DNA of 64,000 bases, from NCBI GenBank assembly GCA_035489575.1, contig DATHJY010000013.1, positions 155,346-219,345 of the forward strand, written 5' to 3'. This DNA comes from Verrucomicrobiia bacterium. Its GTDB lineage: Bacteria > Patescibacteriota > Saccharimonadia > Saccharimonadales > JAGQNK01. Both the position numbers and the translations under genes were made by a program. This document shows, piece after piece, positions 61,692-64,000 of this stretch (its first letter is position 1; every line of letters begins with the position of its first letter). Under the pieces are notes generated by a model. That model worked only from the letters and a program-made list of their open reading frames with translations. It was not told the origin of the DNA and did no database searches.

Positions 61692-62606
61692 CTATTTTTG
61701 TTTCGCTGCGGCACGCAATTTTGCACTGCGCGACCGCGGATTGAAAACAAGTTCATTTGACTCAGCCATAATTGGTTGCTTACTCAGCAACGTTAGGACG
61801 GCGTCGTAGCGGTTACCAGCCAGCTCGTTAAATGCTTGTTTAACGATGCGGTCTTCCAAGCTATGGAAGCTGATAACCACTATTCGCCCTCCCGGGGCAA
61901 GCAGGTCTATCCAGATTGGTATGGCTTGCTTGATTTGGTCAAGTTCGCTGTTCACCGCTATTCGGAGCGCTTGGAACGTCCTGGTAGCTGGATGGACTTT
62001 GCTGTGCCCCGGCCAAGCTGGGGCTATGACAGCTGCAAGTTGTTGGGTTGTTGTTATTGGCCTATGGCTTACTATCAAGCGAGCTATTTTATTCGCCCGT
62101 GGCTCTTCGCCATACTCATGGATTAGATTACTTAACTCCTCCTGGTCATAGCTATTCACTATGACTTCGGCTGTTAAGCTTTGTGTCTGGTCCATGCGCA
62201 TATCAAGTGGTCCATTCAGCTTCAAACTGAATCCTCGACTGGCATTGTCAAGATGTGGTGACGAAACACCCAAATCGGCCAAAATCAAATCGAATTGTCT
62301 ACCTGCTGCTTGCAGTTCTTGGCTTGCACCCAGAAAGTCTTTTTGCACTATCTGGACGCCACCACCTTTGAACTCTTTTTGCAGATGTTCAATTGCATTT
62401 TGATCGCGATCTACAAGAGTAGATTTGCTTGGTTGTAAGGTACGTTCCAGTATTGCCCTAGCATGTCCGCCGTATCCTGCCGTTAGGTCCAGGTACGATT
62501 CCCCTTTTTTTGGTTGGAGATAGTGTACGGCTGCTTCAAGCAGCACTGGAAAATGTGAATTAGTTTGATTTTGGTTGTTTGTTTTGGTGTTTTTGTTTTC
62601 AGTCAC
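61692..62606 (-). CDS. rsmH: 16S rRNA (cytosine1402-N4)-methyltransferase
   Basis: HFPVLLEAAVHYL...DLTAGYGGHA and DLGVSSPHLD motifs. Confidence 0.9.
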   Translation of the reverse strand: MTENKNTKTNNQNQTNSHFPVLLEAAVHYLQPKKGESYLDLTAGYGGHARAILERTLQPSKSTLVDRDQNAIEHLQKEFKGGGVQIVQKDFLGASQELQAAGRQFDLILADLGVSSPHLDNASRGFSLKLNGPLDMRMDQTQSLTAEVIVNSYDQEELSNLIHEYGEEPRANKIARLIVSHRPITTTQQLAAVIAPAWPGHSKVHPATRTFQALRIAVNSELDQIKQAIPIWIDLLAPGGRIVVISFHSLEDRIVKQAFNELAGNRYDAVLTLLSKQPIMAESNELVFNPRSRSAKLRAAAKQK

Positions 62607-63191
62607 GCCATAAAGATTATAGCGTAACTTCTTGTAAGGTCATTACTTTCTGCTTGGCTTTTGGCCTCACAGGGTACCTGTTCCCTACAAGCAAGGTCAC
62701 CTATTTAGCAGTCAACTTTTTGTTTTTTGGAAAGTTTTTGTTTTTATGGTGTTGGTAAATGCGTAATGAAGGGACATTTTTTGCGGGTTTTTGTAACCTG
62801 CGGCGTCCTTTCCGCGTTTACTAACGGTTTGAGAGACTTATGTGTGAGGTGGAGTTTTGGGAGGTGTTTTGATGTAAGGTGCTAAGGTTTTTTATATGGT
62901 TACCTTCAGCCCATATGTTGACTGCCAAATAGCTAACCTCAAATCATTGCACCGGTCGTGCCATCGCCTGGCAAAGCCAGCCGCTTGCCCGCCCTTTCGG
63001 CGCATCGCTGTGCCCGATTCTGCGATACTCCCTCACCGTACTAAAGTACGCCTCGGTCCGTTTCTCGCCTCGGTCCCACCGCTGCATCCGAATGCAACAA
63101 TTTGCCCCTCAACTAGAATTTGAAGTCTAGTGTCGGTCGCTTGTTATTTGGTCTTCTGATCTAATTGTTAAGGGGCAAGATTTCAGGTTGG

Positions 63192-63548
63192 TTAGGACGC
63201 TTGGAGGCGCCAATACTTCCCTGCTCTTACTGCAATGACGTCGCGAGTCATACCTGCGTGGTCCAACAAGTGCTGCTCTATCACAAAGCGGCCCTGCTTT
63301 TGGTCCAAATCTGCCTCGGTTTTACCGGATCTGAATTGTACGTTCAGGTCGGCGGTACGTTCGTCTAGGATATTGCCCTGGAGCTCTGGCTCCATCAGCT
63401 CATCCCAAACAGACTTTGGGTATAGGTGCAGATATTTCTGGAATCCGCGTGTCAGTACTACCCCGCTGGCAAACTCGACTCTAAGCTCTGCAGGTATTGT
63501 CAACCTACGCTTATCATCAAGCTTCCTCTCGAAATAATCTACTGCCAC
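63192..63548 (-). CDS. mraZ: transcriptional regulator MraZ
   Basis: KLDDKRRLTIPAELR (SpoVT/AbrB-like DXXXR motif) and first position in the dcw cluster. Short at 118 aa. Confidence 0.85.
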   Translation of the reverse strand: MAVDYFERKLDDKRRLTIPAELRVEFASGVVLTRGFQKYLHLYPKSVWDELMEPELQGNILDERTADLNVQFRSGKTEADLDQKQGRFVIEQHLLDHAGMTRDVIAVRAGKYWRLQAS

Positions 63549-63787
63549 TCGTTTCCAACGTCCCGTTTAAATTGCTAGTGGTTTTTATTTTTGTCGCGTT
63601 CTAGGTAGTCAGTTTTGGGCTACCCACGATTACCCACTGACATGAGTGTACAACCCACGTTTACCCACATGCAAGCAGTTTCGCAATAAAAACTGCCGCT
63701 TAAGCGGCAGTTATCCACAGTTTTACTTCTGTATTAAAGATATCCACAACATGTAGCGCTTTGCATATATGCTATGACGCTACTGCC

Positions 63788-64000
63788 CTACTTATGGTCA
63801 AGCTGCACGTCATCCTGGTCTGCATATATATCTGCAGCCTCGGGAACATCTGCCGTGTTACCGGGCTGAAAGGTTTCTTGCCCTTTAGGGATCTGCTCGG
63901 ACAGCTGGCGCGCTACAGGCCTAAGATCTACTTCGCTTGGGTCCTGGCCCGTGTTTACTACTATCCTCTCAGCTATGTTTGTCGGGTTGTCCCCAGGTTG
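63788..64000 (-). CDS. C-terminal 70 codons of an unidentified protein (5' end outside window)
   Basis: The minus-strand frame is open from the window edge to TAG (complement of 63788-63790). It is absent from the ORF track because no start codon lies in the window. Confidence 0.4.
   Translation of the reverse strand, partial: QPGDNPTNIAERIVVNTGQDPSEVDLRPVARQLSEQIPKGQETFQPGNTADVPEAADIYADQDDVQLDHK

Overview
This 64-kb chromosomal segment has the gene content of a small-genome, monoderm-type bacterium. My guess is Patescibacteria/Saccharibacteria-like, but that is inference only because no search was possible.

Backbone features:
- Housekeeping genes: xth, a MazG-like gene, a NUDIX gene, gltX, der, pth, pcm, dprA, topA, an rsuA-like gene and umuDC.
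- Two histidine-kinase/response-regulator pairs and a sortase.
- A VirD4/TraG-like coupling ATPase.
- A complete minus-strand dcw cluster: mraZ-rsmH-ftsL-ftsI-mraY-ftsW-murG-ftsQ.
- tRNA-Leu(CAA) and tRNA-Glu(CUC).
- One IS481-like insertion sequence.
- A lower-GC accessory patch (about 29.5-34.8 kb) next to tRNA-Glu, carrying a ParDE-like toxin-antitoxin pair and tRNA-fragment scars.

Main observation: about 14 short, sharply bounded high-GC (GC3-rich) ORF islands are superimposed on this backbone.
- Most encode small membrane or orphan proteins; one encodes a PspA/IM30 homologue.
- Most have their own AT-rich sigma70-type promoter, a structured leader and a Shine-Dalgarno site.
- Hand counts on 60-nt samples give 63% GC inside ORF 50879.., 33% in its 5' flank, and 40% at the start of topA.

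Four islands are followed by textbook type III hammerhead ribozymes at 12689-12745(-), 47369-47434(+), 50721-50790(+) and 51484-51533(+).
- All four have intact catalytic cores, and the helices covary between copies.
- Two sit in tandem paralogous cassettes that share a 56-nt perfect repeat.
- Their predicted cleavage sites would release a 761-nt RNA carrying a single ORF.

Other notable items:
- Conserved leader motifs are shared by several islands.
- Long strand-specific G.U-containing stems lie 3' of several islands.
- A 74-nt structured RNA module occurs in two copies with five compensatory base-pair changes.
- An ~750-nt structured non-coding region lies between pcm and dprA.
- tRNA 3'-end fragments are interrupted by insertions.
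- The UmuD homologue lacks the Ser/Lys catalytic dyad.

All functional calls come from motif recognition by eye, and no database search was run.
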